NCBI RefSeq assembly: GCF_001194135.2
Contig: NC_068997.1
Location: forward strand, 55,458,530-55,522,529
Reading direction: 5' to 3'
DNA from: Octopus bimaculoides
Lineage: Eukaryota
DNA length: 64,000 nt
Shown here: in pieces, positions 35,001 through 48,369 of the stretch
How positions within the stretch are numbered: position 1 is the stretch's first letter
How the letters are laid out: each line of letters begins with the position of its first letter
Program-made: the position numbers and the translations under genes
Notes under the pieces: model-generated
What the model saw: the letters and a program-made list of their open reading frames with translations, nothing else
Told to the model about the DNA's origin: nothing
Databases searched by the model: none

Positions 35001-37984
35001 TTATTCACAGTACACACAAATGCATGCATACTGATACACACACACATTGATTCGAATGCATAGGAAAGCTGGAGATAATGAAATGAGATAAGGGAGTTAG
35101 TTAATAATGGAGACTATTTTTTCGTAAGGACATGAAGAAAAGTTTAACAGAAACTACAGCATCAAGTGAGNNNNNNNNNNGGGGGGGGGGGAAGTGAAAC
35201 TGAAAGAGATGAGGCAGATATGAAAGGGGAAATGAAAATGTAAGGGAGGCTAGTGTCAAAATGGAAAAAGATGATAAAATGTAGTAATTAAAATGAGAGA
35301 AGAAGAGGGTTATATGAAACAGATAGAAAGATGGGGTGGTGATGTGAGTTGAAGCTGATGAGAATTAAGGCAAGTAATGAATAGGAGGGAAAAAAAAGCA
35401 AATGTGAGTTAAAGGAAATATATAAAAACATGGAGAGGAAATAAAATATGTGTGTGAGAGAAATATTAACAGGAGATAATGAAAATAAATAGAGAAAAGC
35501 AATGAAAAAAAGATGAATAAAAGCCTCTGAAATAAAATAAAATAAGACAGAGATGTGAGAAGGAAAAGATAGTTCACTTTTTTTTAAATTTGTAACAAAG
35601 TTCTTTTTAAAAGTGAATATTGATTTCAAGCTGTAAAGCTACTCTAGATGTGGATTTTATTCCTGTTTTTCTAATGAGACAAATATATTTATAAAATATC
35701 ATTGATCTGTTTTTAGAGAACAAGCTGTAATATAATCTAAATTTCAGTTTTGATTTCTCTCTCAGTGAATATCATAAATTATAGTGCTCTGCAAATATCA
35801 GATTTTACTCAACAGTTTAATCTTGTCTGGGGTGGATGAGAGAAGGGAGGAAAGGCTGGAGAGATAGTGACAAGGAGACAGACAATCAAACAAATGGTTG
35901 CAAAGAAACTGAACTTCACAAAACCTACTATAAATATTAATTTTGTAGTGATCTTAGTTTTACCAAAAGTATATCATGATCTCAAGTAAATCAGAGAGCA
36001 ACCAGCTGCTATTTATTCCTGTCAAAAATTTCACACTGGTCTTCCCAGAGATGGATGATACGAGTTATGCTTTGTAAAAGTTTCTTTAATCAATAAAACT
36101 TTTCAGTAAAAATTGGTCGACTGCCAAATACAAACTCAGAAACTCTTTTGTTTTTCCATAAATGTATGAGAATGGATCAAGGGAGAGGGTAGAAGCGAAG
36201 GTAGAATAATGGGGGGAGAAGGAAGTAAGAAAATTTGAAATTTCCTGTACAGAACAAAATATATTGAATGCTGCTGTTAAGCAGATTAATGCTAACACCT
36301 TTGATAATTTTGATTTTGAGATTTATCTTTTGGAACGTTTTTTTCTTTTTTCACAGAAAATAATTCTGTAATATAATTACAAATGTCTGATGATAGGATG
36401 AGAGGAACAGAAGACAAATAACAGCATGATATCCAGTAAAGTGCAAAATGAAAAAAAAAAAATTAAAAATCAAATCAAGAAATTTTAAAAATATAAATTT
36501 GTTGATCATCTCGTATATATATAAAAAAAAAATTGGCATGTATGCAGAACAACAATCAGTAAAAGAAATTGAGATAAATACAGGATAGTCTGAAGTATTA
36601 CAACATTTCTTTGGAGTTGCACATCAACACTGTAATTACAATAGTTGGCAACGAAAATTTTTAGCAATTTAATTAGGAGCAAATGTAATAATTCTTTGAT
36701 ATAATATTTAAATAAATACATTACAGATCTGTTTTGTTTCTGCATTTATTAGACATGTCACATTAAATTTGAAAATTTCATTTATTTAAATGTGTCAATA
36801 AAAATTAAAATCAAATGCTGTTATTTTTTGAAATTATTTTTCTTTCTTTTAAAATGTTGTTAAGTTACTTTAAACCAATTAGTTCAGCCCATCTGAAGTG
36901 TTACTAATCCTGTTTTATATATTTTCCTTTTGGAAACAACATTTTGTCTTCAAATTACAATAATTTATGACTACAATCAACAGAAGAATGTTTGAAAGGT
37001 AAAAATAAAAGAGAAAAAAATGGAATCACTTATATTTCATTTTTCATTCTATAATCTCAAATGGGTATTGAACCCACAAAGAATTTGAGCAATTGACAAA
37101 CCATTAATAAATTAAACATTTTTTAGCACTTTTTAACTTTGCTTCTAAATGCAGTTTATATATATAACAAAAAATTATTATTAAAAGGCTGTTGTAAAAA
37201 CAAATCAAAAATCTAACCATTTTAGATATGCAGAATGCAAACTATTCTGAATAAATGGTAAAATATTTTGCTAACTAGGGCTCAGTTTTTCTCTCAAATG
37301 AAGAAAACCTTTTTTTCCAAATAGAAAACAAAGTTAGTTAATATTCTTAATTTAAAAAAAAAAATCAATTTATATAGTGCGTTGTTTTTTCCTTGTTGTA
37401 TATTTAAAGATTGTTATAAACACATTAATGTATGGGAAAGAAAAATAAGTAAAAATAAATAAATTCAGCTTTTTGAAGATTCAACAATTAAAATTATACT
37501 TCAATAACTCTATGAGTCATTTAGGTGGATGGTACGCTGGTTTCCTCAAATATATAAACAAACATCACTCATTTTCATTAACTCAATCATCCTGAGGTTG
37601 CTCTCAGCCACATAACACAAACTTCCATAATCTCGAAACTTCCATCAAAATTCTATGTTAATTTATGCACCAAACACCAGCATTATAAATATTTTACTGG
37701 ATTCTTTATTTCCTAAATATGTTTAAAGAAGGACAGTGAACTTCAACACAAATATGATAGCAAAACAGTTAAGTAATAGTAAGTAGAAATGATTGACAGC
37801 CAAAAGATTTTATAAACATGTGTAAATTGTTTTGGCAGTAGATGTGTGTGTGTGTGCAGATTTGTTAGAATAACTTCAAGAAATAAAACTCAAAACATGA
37901 ACTTATAATATATAAGGAAAATTAAAGAATAGTAATAATGAAAAAGTATATATATATATATATATATATATATACCCATGTTAC

Positions 37985-38072
37985 TTGCAGTTTTATTCAG
38001 AATTGATTTTTAATGTAATCTGTTATTCCACTTACCTGTAGGAAAGAAAGAAAAGGAAGAAGCATTAGTTAC
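37985..38072 (-). other. Candidate recursive splice site (zero-length exon / ratchet point) with downstream cryptic RS-exon
   Basis: Minus strand: gTAACTAATg cttcttccttttctttctttcct aCAG|GTAAGT. Branch A at about -30, 23 uninterrupted pyrimidines, no intervening AG, and a consensus donor reconstituted at the junction 38036/38035. Confidence 0.6.
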
Positions 38073-38657
38073 AGCAAATGTTATATTTAAGTTATACAAA
38101 AATGAGATAACTTATTAATTGAACATCTTGTATGAGGAAATCTGTTTCCAACAAATATTAATCTTACGTTCTTAAGGTGCTTGGAGACAATTTCAAAGGA
38201 AATGTATTCCAGCCAACTTAGAAATAGTTAACAATTGACAGTAAAGAATTTTATGTTAATACATTATGTAAGAAGGAGAGAAAGAGAGGGAGAGAAAGAG
38301 CAGAGGAGAGAAAGCTATTAATGCAATTCATAAAGATTATACCATACCAGATAATACTAAAAAATATTATCAAAAAGGAAATTCAATTAACAGTTAAAAT
38401 TAATTTTTCAAAATTTATACAACCAACAAGCCTCTACTTTTATAAAATGGCATTCTTTCATTTTGAAAAACATTCTTCACACATGCAACCACAAAATCTA
38501 ATAAAGTCTGAACCTTCAGATGTTAGAATTCAATTCTTGCTGTTTTCTTTATATCATCTCAGTTGCAGCAGCAGATCTACAACCAAAGGCACTTTATCCA
38601 TGACCATCCTGTTTTAAAAGCCTATTTCATTTAACCCCTTGATACAAACTTTCAGCT

Positions 38658-38888
38658 TTAACCCCTTAGCATTCAGATTATTCTGTCAAATGTTGTGCTA
38701 ATTAATTCAAATTGTTTTGAATTAATCAGGCATCATCTCGTAGCTTCAAGAATGTTATGATGTGATTGTTTATTTTTAGAAGTGCATTGTAGTGAAGGTG
38801 TGAGAGACTGGATCTGACTGGTTTGAACAAAAAAAAACAGGTAGAATATTTAGGCAGGACATGGTCAGTTTGAATGTTAAAGGGTTAA
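38658..38888. mobile_element. piggyBac-type MITE flanked by TTAA
   Basis: TTAA(38658-38661)-ccccttagcattca...tgaatgttaaaggg-TTAA(38885-38888); second copy at 18187-18411. Confidence 0.8.
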
Positions 38889-40701
38889 AGAGATCTAAAT
38901 TCTAACCTCTCACCAAAACCACATGTTAATTTAAGTTACAAACAGTTAATAATAAAGTTATTTTATTAAGTTATTCACTATTTTCAAAATTAATTGAGAT
39001 AAAGCCATGAATATGTCCTTCCTTTTTTAAGATTGCAGAGGGAGATTTGATTGCTATTTTTTGGCAGGTCAATCAGGTATATATATATGAACTCTTTCAT
39101 TGATGTGTGCAATTCTTTTGTATTCAAAATGGCTATATATTTCACGATTTGGATAATTAAATCCTCTATGCTGGCAATATAAATAAAGTGCATACATTTA
39201 TGAAGTTGCAAAGAAAACGTACAATAGTTTCATATTGAAGATATCAAATATATTTTCATGACTTCACAGGAAATAAAAGAACCACCGTTTCCTTTAAGTA
39301 TGGAGCTCATAAGAATGACTTTAAAATAGTGGGTCAGCATGCAATAATTTATGATTTCATTAATTAAGTAAATTCATATTAAATAGCTTTTATAAGATTA
39401 CATACAAATTGTACTAATTGTTTCACTTACTCCATTAACCTAATTACTATTTAAAATTGAGAAGTTTTTTTAGCCTTATTACACACTAAATAGATAGAGG
39501 TAAATAGAACTCTAAATGAGATATATATTTTATATAAATCAGTGTTTCACAGTTATAAGTGTGTGTGTGCATAATTACTAGAATGTCAATAAAATAGGAA
39601 TCCTAAATAAATATATAGAGTATCATGTGCACACATTTAATATCACTATGAAAGTAGTTCCATAAGGGCGTCTTTGGCAGCATGGACAAGGACAGAAGTA
39701 ACTTGTTACTGCTTCTTAACACTTCATCAAGACTGTCTTTCTTTCCAAAAATGGGTCAAGCACAGCTCATTCGCATGATACTACATGGTAGGTGACACAT
39801 TAAGAAATACTTTAGTAGTTACAGAACATGGTTTGAATAACTCCATATATTTGTTTTCCGCACATACTTTCATACATTTCTGCCACTTATTTGAGCCAGT
39901 TTGTCCATGTCAGGTTCTGTCAAATGTCTTCAACAATGACCATTGAAACTGCTTGTAAACAGGCCTTCAAAAGTGATATATCTGTGTGATTCAAAATTAG
40001 TGACTTCTAAACATTTTAAATCTTTAAATATTAAATGAAAATATTAAAAGCATGTTCTCTTTTCTAAAAAAATGGGATTTGATGATATTTGAAATTAAAA
40101 TTTTATGATTAAGAATATATTTTACATATATTATTTAACATTTGAAGTGTTTTATAATTCCTAAATTTGTAATTTTAGGAAAGTACTTCCTGCAATATTT
40201 TTTTGCACACTGATGATCATAGCTCTGAATATTTATAAACTAATGATGAATATATATACATATATAAATTAAAAAAGGTCAGCTATTCTAACATGACACT
40301 GCCTATACCGAGAAGTAGCTGCATAAAGAAAAACCTCAGCTACACATAAGTGAAGAATATTGCTTTGCCAGGGTTTCACATGTATTTTCAAAACTTATCT
40401 GACAGGGCATCAGAGAAGATAAACTTCCACAACAGTTAAGATAAAAACCTGTTTCCAGAAATTCCAACATCTTATAGCTTAACTGACTGACATCAGTCTA
40501 GCTCCCCTTGCTTTAAACTACCATCAGTTAAAACTCCCTAAGAAAACAGTAGAACCTTAATTATCTCTCATGACTTACTCATGACCACCAAAGATAATAT
40601 TCTTCATGATTATATATANNNNNNNNNNNNNNNNNNNNNNNNNNNNNNNNNNNNNNNNNNNNNNNNNNNNNNNNNNNNNNNNNNNNNNNNNNNNNNNNNN
40701 N

Positions 40702-40738
<37 letters not shown>

Positions 40739-41174
40739 ATATACTGATGTCATGGATATAAAGATATCAAGTGTAATTAATGTGCTGAACATGGCACATT
40801 AATTTTACAAGATATCTGCAATGTTTAACATTCTAATTCTGTGGCTACAGTGCTAACAAATAAGACAGTGCACACCTACATAAGCACATGTATGTGTGTG
40901 AGTCCATGTGTATGTGTGTGTGTATACACATGCATATGTACATGTATATCTGTATGATGGCGTGGGCGTCTGGACTTCTGTATGTATGTGTGTTTGTGTG
41001 TGTGTGAAAACAAGTGTGTGGAAGCAGATTCAAGCAGTGCTGCAGTAATACATTATTCATAAATATTGTTGGAGAAAATATGGATTACTAATTGATGTCG
41101 TTAAATTGTGTGGGTGTGTATATGTGTAACTGAGTACATACCTATACACAAACGTATATTTATGCTTCAAGTGA

Positions 41175-41210
<36 letters not shown>

Positions 41211-41425
41211 ACCAACAAGCATACATATGCACTCACACACACACACACAAGAATGTAAAAATTGCAAAGCTGATACAAGTACATGTTATACAAGCTGTAA
41301 ACAAAATCTACTATAGAACTCAATACTTGGTGTGGGGAAGGAAAATATGTTTATTATTTCAAAATTAAACATTTGTTCAATAATCAAAGAATAGTTGCAA
41401 TCAGCCTTTCTTCTATAGCCTCAGG

Positions 41426-41487
41426 TTGACCAAAGCCTTCTAAGTGGATTTGGTAGATAAAAACTGAAAGAAGCCTGTTGTGTATAT
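41426..41487 (+). mobile_element. SINE family B core fragment
   Basis: gaccaaagccttctaagtggatttggtagataaaaactgaaagaagcctgt. Confidence 0.65.
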
Positions 41488-41489
41488 AT

Positions 41490-42700
41490 CATCATCATCC
41501 TCAGTTTCATTGTCATCATTATCATCATCATCATCATCAAGTGTTCATTTCCCATGCTGGCGCACATTGGGCAGTTTGACAGTAACTCATATACTGGATA
41601 GCTGCACCAGACTCCAGTCTGGTTTGGCTTGGTTTCTAAGGTTGGATGACCCTTCCTAAATCCAGTCACACCACAGAGTATATCAAGGGTCTTCTACATA
41701 TCACTGACACTGGTCATGACTAATTTCAATTAGCTCCATGTGTCTTCTCAAGCACTGCAAATCACCAATTATCTAAGTCACTTGCCATTGCCTCCATGGG
41801 ACTCAAACATTTGAAGATCATATTTCACCACCTCATTTCACATTTTCTTGAGTCAACCTCTATCACAGGTTCCCTCCCCAAATAGAAATCAGTACTTCTT
41901 TCCGCTGTTGTCCTCATCCAAACACATCCCATGGCCATACCAGTGCAGTCTTCTCTCTTGCACACTACATCTGATGCCCCTTACACTCACTTTTTCTCTT
42001 AAGACACTTACGCTCTGTCATACTTGCACACTGACATTGTGCATCCAGTGGAACATACTAGTTGCATTACTTTCAAACCCCTGCATGGCCCTTTACAGTT
42101 ATAGCCTATGTTTCACTGCCATGTACCATGGCTGTTCGCATGCAGGTATCATACAATCTGCCTTTCCCTCTGAGGGAGAGAAACCCTTTGTTATCAACAA
42201 AAGTAGTAACAGTGTGAACTTCACCCAGCCTGTTCTTATTCTAGCAGCTATGCTTTCAGAGCATCCACCTCCACTGCTGACTTGGTTACTGAGGTAACAG
42301 AAACTATCAACTACTTCTACGTATCGCCCTGGGCATTAGACAAAGTCTATTCTTTTGTACACCCTTAGTGTTTATTGTACCTGTACACCTGCTACACACA
42401 AAGACTACTTTCTCTGTAAACCTTTCCCTGATACTACTGCACCTCTAATGTGTCCATAGCTTGCTCTGGGTACATCTTATGGAGTTTCTACCAACATCTT
42501 TTCTACATAATGAGCAGGGCTATTGCCCTGATGGAATTTGTGATTTGTCTGTTTTGCTACTAACTAAGACTTTGGTCTTTGTTAATTTAACTCTTTGATT
42601 CTAGACCTTGCTTCTACACCTGAAACTTCTTCTCTAGTTCTGGTAATGATTCAGCTATAAGAACATGGTCAACAGCCCTTCTTAAATTTCTCTGTTATGG
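41490..42700 (-). mobile_element. 5'-truncated RTE-clade LINE (RT C-terminal half, 3' UTR, (GAT)n tail), degenerate
   Basis: Minus-strand remnants: LIAESLPELEKKFQV*KQGLESK..TKTKVLVS downstream of a decayed YADD; (Y)LSNQVSSGGGCSESIAARIRTGWVKF; SLRGKGRLYDTCMRTAMVHGSET*. These match RTE FKYLG..I..RI..AW..F and K.RLY....LYGSE.W motifs. Confidence 0.85.
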
Positions 42701-42769
42701 CATCTCATATCGACACTGTCAGCACAGAATGGTGACATTTGTTTATGTCTCTTTCAAACAAGTTCCATA

Positions 42770-42885
42770 AGTGTTGGCAACAGGAAGAACATCAAACCAT
42801 AGAATACTGTCTCAGGAATTATCGTCTAAGCCAAGTAAACTTGGAAATGCAGATATAGAAATTGTTATAATGATGATGATGATAA
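42770..42885 (+). mobile_element. Family C-like 3' fragment with (GAT)n tail
   Basis: tgttggcaacaggaagaacatcaaaccatagaa..ending in atgatgatgatgat. Confidence 0.5.
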
Positions 42886-43114
42886 CAATGGTGATATATA
42901 ACCAGTATCGGTTTTATGTCTGTTTTTAACAAGCAAGCATGGGTTGGAAAATATGTGTGAATGTATATATTTATACTAAAAAGTGATTATGTATGTATCT
43001 GTATATGATGAGCATGTATACATATATAATTAATCTCACAGCACCCTTAGTAAATAAATGCCTTGATTAGCTGAATTAAGATGAATCTTGTGAGGTTCAT
43101 ATGTATCTTATTAC

Positions 43115-43149
<35 letters not shown>

Positions 43150-46077
43150 CTATATGTTTGCATTAACAGATTATCGATTGCTAATTTTAGTATATTGCAT
43201 ATTAATTAATGATTTATAATCCAAGAATATAATGCATAGATTGTTGATTATATGTTTCAACTGCAAGGCACCAATTATTTATACAAACTGAATATGAAAA
43301 ATGAAGAATAGTATTATCTGTTATTCAGAAATCTTCATGACTTGTCTCAGATCAAATTTGTACAGTAATTATAAATAAAGTAATCTTAATACAAAAATTA
43401 TATATATGTATTCCATGACTTAAATATCTCGAGAGCTTTTGGGAAACCAAATAATGACAAAAGCTTTAAAAAAGAATACAAAAGAAGTATATTTCCTTTA
43501 AACACTATGATGGAATGCTTCCGAATTATTTCTCTATCCTCATGTTTTTGCTAACATAAGAGGATTGGTTGAAAGAAGATATTAACAGAAGTATTGCAAA
43601 GAATATACAACAGTCCCTCACTTCCTCTCTTGAAGAGCTGTTTCAACAGGGTTCCATCCACATCTATGGATTTAGCAGAACCACTTGAAATCCTAAGAAA
43701 TTGCTTCACTAACATTATAAACTTTAAAAACAGATTCTTTCATATGCTTGAATCTGCTTCTTAAGGTTTAAAACATCTCATCAATTACAAAAGAATTTGA
43801 AGGTGACTTTCTAGGAAAGGAATAAATGAGAAATACTATGAGAAAACAAAAAGAGAAAAACACAATTATAATTAAATTGAAATTAACTTTGAACAGGAGG
43901 CTAATCAATGTTAATAAAGAATCTCAATTTTTCCAAATAATTTTACCTAATGCAAAAATAAAAGGAAATTAAAAGATATTTTGAGGAAGAATCTAGACTC
44001 TGGGAAAAAAAAAGAAAAACAAAAACAAACAAACAGAACTGCCAAAGTCATAATGCTGAAGAATATTCCTACCCTGATAAGGCATGTGTGTGTTTACTTC
44101 TATTTTATCAGAAGCTGTGGCCATGCTGGGGCACCTCAACTGGAATGATTGTTAGTTTATTTCATTTCATTTCATTTCCATGTACTTCTTGCTTTTAGTC
44201 TTTCACTGTATATACCCCCCCCCCACNNNNNNNNNNCCCCCCCCCCACACACACACACATATACATATGCCTTTTTCAGTAGGAATTGAAGAAAAGAATG
44301 GAATCTTTGAAGATGATCAATCCAAAAAGTGGTGACGTTTGATAAGGTTATTTTACTGACTGACAGGGATCCATACCCCAACATGCTACAGTCTTTTCTT
44401 CATATGTGCAATTTTCCTTCTTTGGCATTTCTTTTGCTATATCAATCACTTCTGCTCCTCTGAACAAGTTCTCTGCATACTTTCTTCATCAATCTCTTTT
44501 CCTCCCAACATGCTTCTAAGACCCAATACAAAACCCTTTGCACAAACCTATCCTTTCCAGAGCTGCGATTTTTCTGGACTTCTCTCCACACCCAATCTTT
44601 TTCGACAGATACCAACCTACAAGATGCCCATTAGCTTTATTCGTGGGATTCAGAAGGAACAGGCTGAATAGTGTGCAGAGCCTTGTAGGGGAGAGAAGGG
44701 AATGAAGTTCCATGATAGCCAACACCTGTAGGCATAGCACTATCCTTATTCCTTCTTGGACTAATTAAAAAAATCCTACACACAAACACACATACTCTCT
44801 CTATTTCTCTCACACACACAAATATTCATCCACTATCTTACGCACACAAAGAAGAACTGAATGATAAATAGTGAAGAGAAAGACAGACATTGAATCTTTA
44901 AAATTATTCAGCATCATAAACTAAAAAGAAAAAGATAATTGAATGCCAGATTGTAATAAATTACAAACAGTATAATTTTTCAATGTAAATCTTTTTATTA
45001 ATATAAGATTACTATGTGTCTTTCAATGGCAAGATGTTTATAGATTAGTGGCAGAGAGCACTTCCTTTTATGAAATTCTATCACTAGACATCTGGTCTCT
45101 ATAGTAAATCCCTTTATAATGAAGCAAATATAGAATTCTTCAACAATACTTAAATAAATTACTTTTATAACTTTAATATTACACACATACATGTACACCC
45201 ACACACAGAGTATATCTTCTAATGGAAATTATTGATAGAATATTATCAAGAAAGTATTCTTTGTTTAAATACGTTTATCTATCTACATTTTATATATAAG
45301 TCTTCAATAACAAAATAGTTTATGATATCTTAAGAAATACTTATAAGGTTAAATTGCTGGGCTACAAAGTCACATGGTCAAGCTGTTCATACCATGCTCC
45401 AGACATTAAGTTCAGATCCTTCTGCCAGCAGCACCTTATCTTGGATTGTGGTTCAGAGGGTACACCATAGAACATAATGTCTCTGGGATCCTTTTGGTTT
45501 TAGTTCAGAAACTCTTTGGTTCTACCAAAAATAAAACAATGGCTATGATGATATTCTATATCTTTATTTCTCAATACAACTCAGTGAGGTAGGTACCTAA
45601 TCTGTCTTTTATTGAGACAAATAATGGAATTGCTAGTGGACCATTATTGCAGCAGAATGGTTTATACTTTGGTATTACACAGCCTCTTTAACAGAAATAT
45701 TTAGTTCTCAATGAGAGGGAACTGCTAAATAGCTGCTCACTTTGCTAGAAATTGCAGCTGAATCTCTCATGATTGACAGAAGAACTCTGATTGTTCCTAT
45801 TTGATACATGAAGACATTGGTAACGATAAATTGTTTCTACTTCAGGCATGGGGTCTTTGGAAGAAATTAGTCAATTCCATGAACCCCAGCGCCTGATAGA
45901 AATTTATTCATCCAGGAGGATGGAAGAATAACACCCTGGGACATATCGCCACAGGAATATTATGGAAAATTGGCATGTATTCCTGTCAAAAAAGCTTGTA
46001 GGAAATAAATGTCTTCTAATATCTGTATTGATTCCTGCATTACAGTAAAAGAAATGGAGATGGGAAAAACAAGCAAT

Positions 46078-46080
46078 TCC

Positions 46081-46127
<47 letters not shown>

Positions 46128-46490
46128 CCTTTCTACTAAAGGTACAAGGCCTGAAATTTTGGGGGAGGGGACTAGTCAATTACATCGACCCCAGTATTTC
46201 ACTGGTACTTAATTTATTGACCCCAAAAGAGTGAAAGGCAAAGTCAACCTCAGCAGAATTTGAACTCAGAACATAAGGATGGACAAAATGCTGCTAATGA
46301 TTCTGCTAGCTTACCACCTTAATGATAATAATAATAATAATTACAATAATTATGATAAAGGTTTCAAATTTTGGCACAAGGCCAGCAATTTTGGGAGTTG
46401 GGGTAAGTTGATTACATTGACCTCAGTGTTTAGCTGGTACTTATTTTATCAACCCTGAAAGGTATGAAAGGCACAGTTGACCTCAGCAGA

Positions 46491-46537
<47 letters not shown>

Positions 46538-46550
46538 TAATGATAATTAT
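46078..46550 (-). mobile_element. Two tandem SINE family A copies embedded in three (AAT)n arrays
   Basis: (AAT)n 46078-46126, SINE 46126-46321, (AAT)-rich spacer, SINE 46360-46490, (AAT)n 46492-46550. Confidence 0.85.
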
Positions 46551-47954
46551 TATTATTTTGATTGTTTTTTTTGTTTTGTTTTTTGCTACAAGGGCAGTTT
46601 AGGGGAGGTGGAGATTACATTCAGAAAGCTGGTTTCATACCACCTCCATCCCACCTAATTCTGTCAGCTATTCTCTTTCTATCACCTGTATTATTTTGCC
46701 TCATCCTTTAGACCCAGTACAAATTACTACACCCAATCCTTCCTCTAAAGACCATCACCTCTGGAGTTGTCTCCCACTCGTGATTTTTGATTACAACGTG
46801 CAAGAACACCGGCCATATCAAGCTCACCTGTCTGAAAGGAATTCCAAAGAATATGCCCACAACCCATTCCTCCCTATTAAACTATTCAAAAATAAATAAT
46901 TATATTGCTGTTATTTGTTTTATTGATCACTGGTGGATGAAATTAAAGTCAATCCTGGCAGAAAATGGGGGGAAAAAAATCTGTAAATGAATGAAAGAAG
47001 ATAACACTGCAAAGGATTTCTTGTCGAGTGCTATTATTTCGACCAACTCTCAATTTTAGATTATGGTCATAATATTGACATAAAGGAAAATAATAAAATT
47101 ACTACTGCAGCAGCTACTAATGATAATAATCATCATGATAATGTCGATGATGACGACAATGATGATTATCACTATAACGAAGATGATAGCAATTATTTTA
47201 TGAGTAAAATATTACCATACAGTTGCTTCTGATTAAAATGTTGATAATGGTGATAATGAAATTGTCTTTCCTATCGCTGACTGTAATTACAATGACAATA
47301 AACTAATCAGTAGAATATGATATGGATTTGGACAAGATCGGTTTCCAACACGAGCAAATTTCAAATCAATAATATAAAACAGCACATTATTGGCTGGAAT
47401 TAATTAATTGCAGTTTTAACTGTTGCTTGTTAATAAGCTAGCTGGTTTTTAATATGCTGCAGTCCATTGCTCATAAGACTCCGATAACTTCAAATATCAT
47501 GCATAATTCACAATTGGGAAAAATGGAGAAAATATCTTTTTAAAGCGATATTTTTTTTTAATTACTCCAGCTTTTTGGTTTTTGTTTGATAATTTCCCTT
47601 TGTTTACCTATAGATTTTTCTTCCAGTAACATGGACAGGAAACTAAACTTTAATGAATTGTTTACTATGCTTAACTTTTTTTCTGTTAATTAAAGAAACT
47701 CATTAAGACACATACACAAATCATTTAAATAATTTTAAAAATGACAATATTACTGATAATAATGATAATAATTTTGATTTATACATTAGGTGCAAAACCA
47801 ATTATTTATTGAGGAAGGATGTAATTAAGATCCAATCAATTGCCATATATTTTTGATACTTATTTTCACTCAAAGATAATGAGAGAAGCTGGCTTGGGTA
47901 GAAATTTGAAGTCAGAACTTTGAAGGATAAAACTAAAAGCTACACTGAATTTAA

Positions 47955-48140
47955 TCATTATCATCATCTAATTACAATCTTCCATGTTGATATCAGTTGA
48001 ACAGGATCTGACAGGTCAGAGGACTGTGACATGCTCCAGTGTCAACCTTGGCATGGGTTTGATGGCCGGATGCCCTTTCTAATGTCAACCACTTTACATT
48101 ATTGAGTACTACATGGTTCTTTTTATTGCCCTGGCATTAG
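47955..48140 (-). mobile_element. Family C (RTE-tail) short repeat
   Basis: atcattatcatcatc..ttccatg..ggccggatgccctttctaatgtcaaccactttaca. Confidence 0.6.
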
Positions 48141-48369
48141 TGAAGTCAGCTTGTAATATAAAAGAGCCCCACCACCACCACCTCCTCAGCAAAATGGGCA
48201 TAATTAGACTGGAGCTGGAAAGAGTGATAAAGACAGGGCGATGTGGTATCTCAGTGTATACCAAAGGTACAGAAAGGTGAGTAGAAGAAAGTGCAGAGAC
48301 AGAAGTCTTCCAAGGGGACGTAATATAATAAAAGAAGAATTAGAAATTCTGAGTTTTACTGTTTGGAAC

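Noticed and set aside
35171-35191. G and C runs next to 10-N gaps (also 44216-44247) as G-quadruplex elements
   Set aside because: Homopolymers at assembly gaps; true length and sequence are unknown.
35190-35630. F/L/S/I-rich minus ORFs (35288-35629, 49484-49774) and purine- or pyrimidine-skewed blocks (also 5720-5880, 33700-34140)
   Set aside because: Low-complexity strand-biased sequence lacks stops on one strand; no domain motifs and no splice-site framing.
39780-39990. Possible mariner transposase C-terminus (WQKCMK) on minus
   Set aside because: A single short motif with no TIRs or DD34D residues that I could find.
43560-43690. Protein-like frame EDWLKEDINRSIAKNIQQSLTSSLEELFQQ
   Set aside because: Poor acceptor, no credible donor, no recognised homolog.
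47330-47520. TAAT-rich enhancer-like segments (also 26290-26345, 32330-32560, 55470-55670)
   Set aside because: They look like conserved non-coding elements by eye, but such motifs are common in AT-rich DNA and cannot be supported without alignments.
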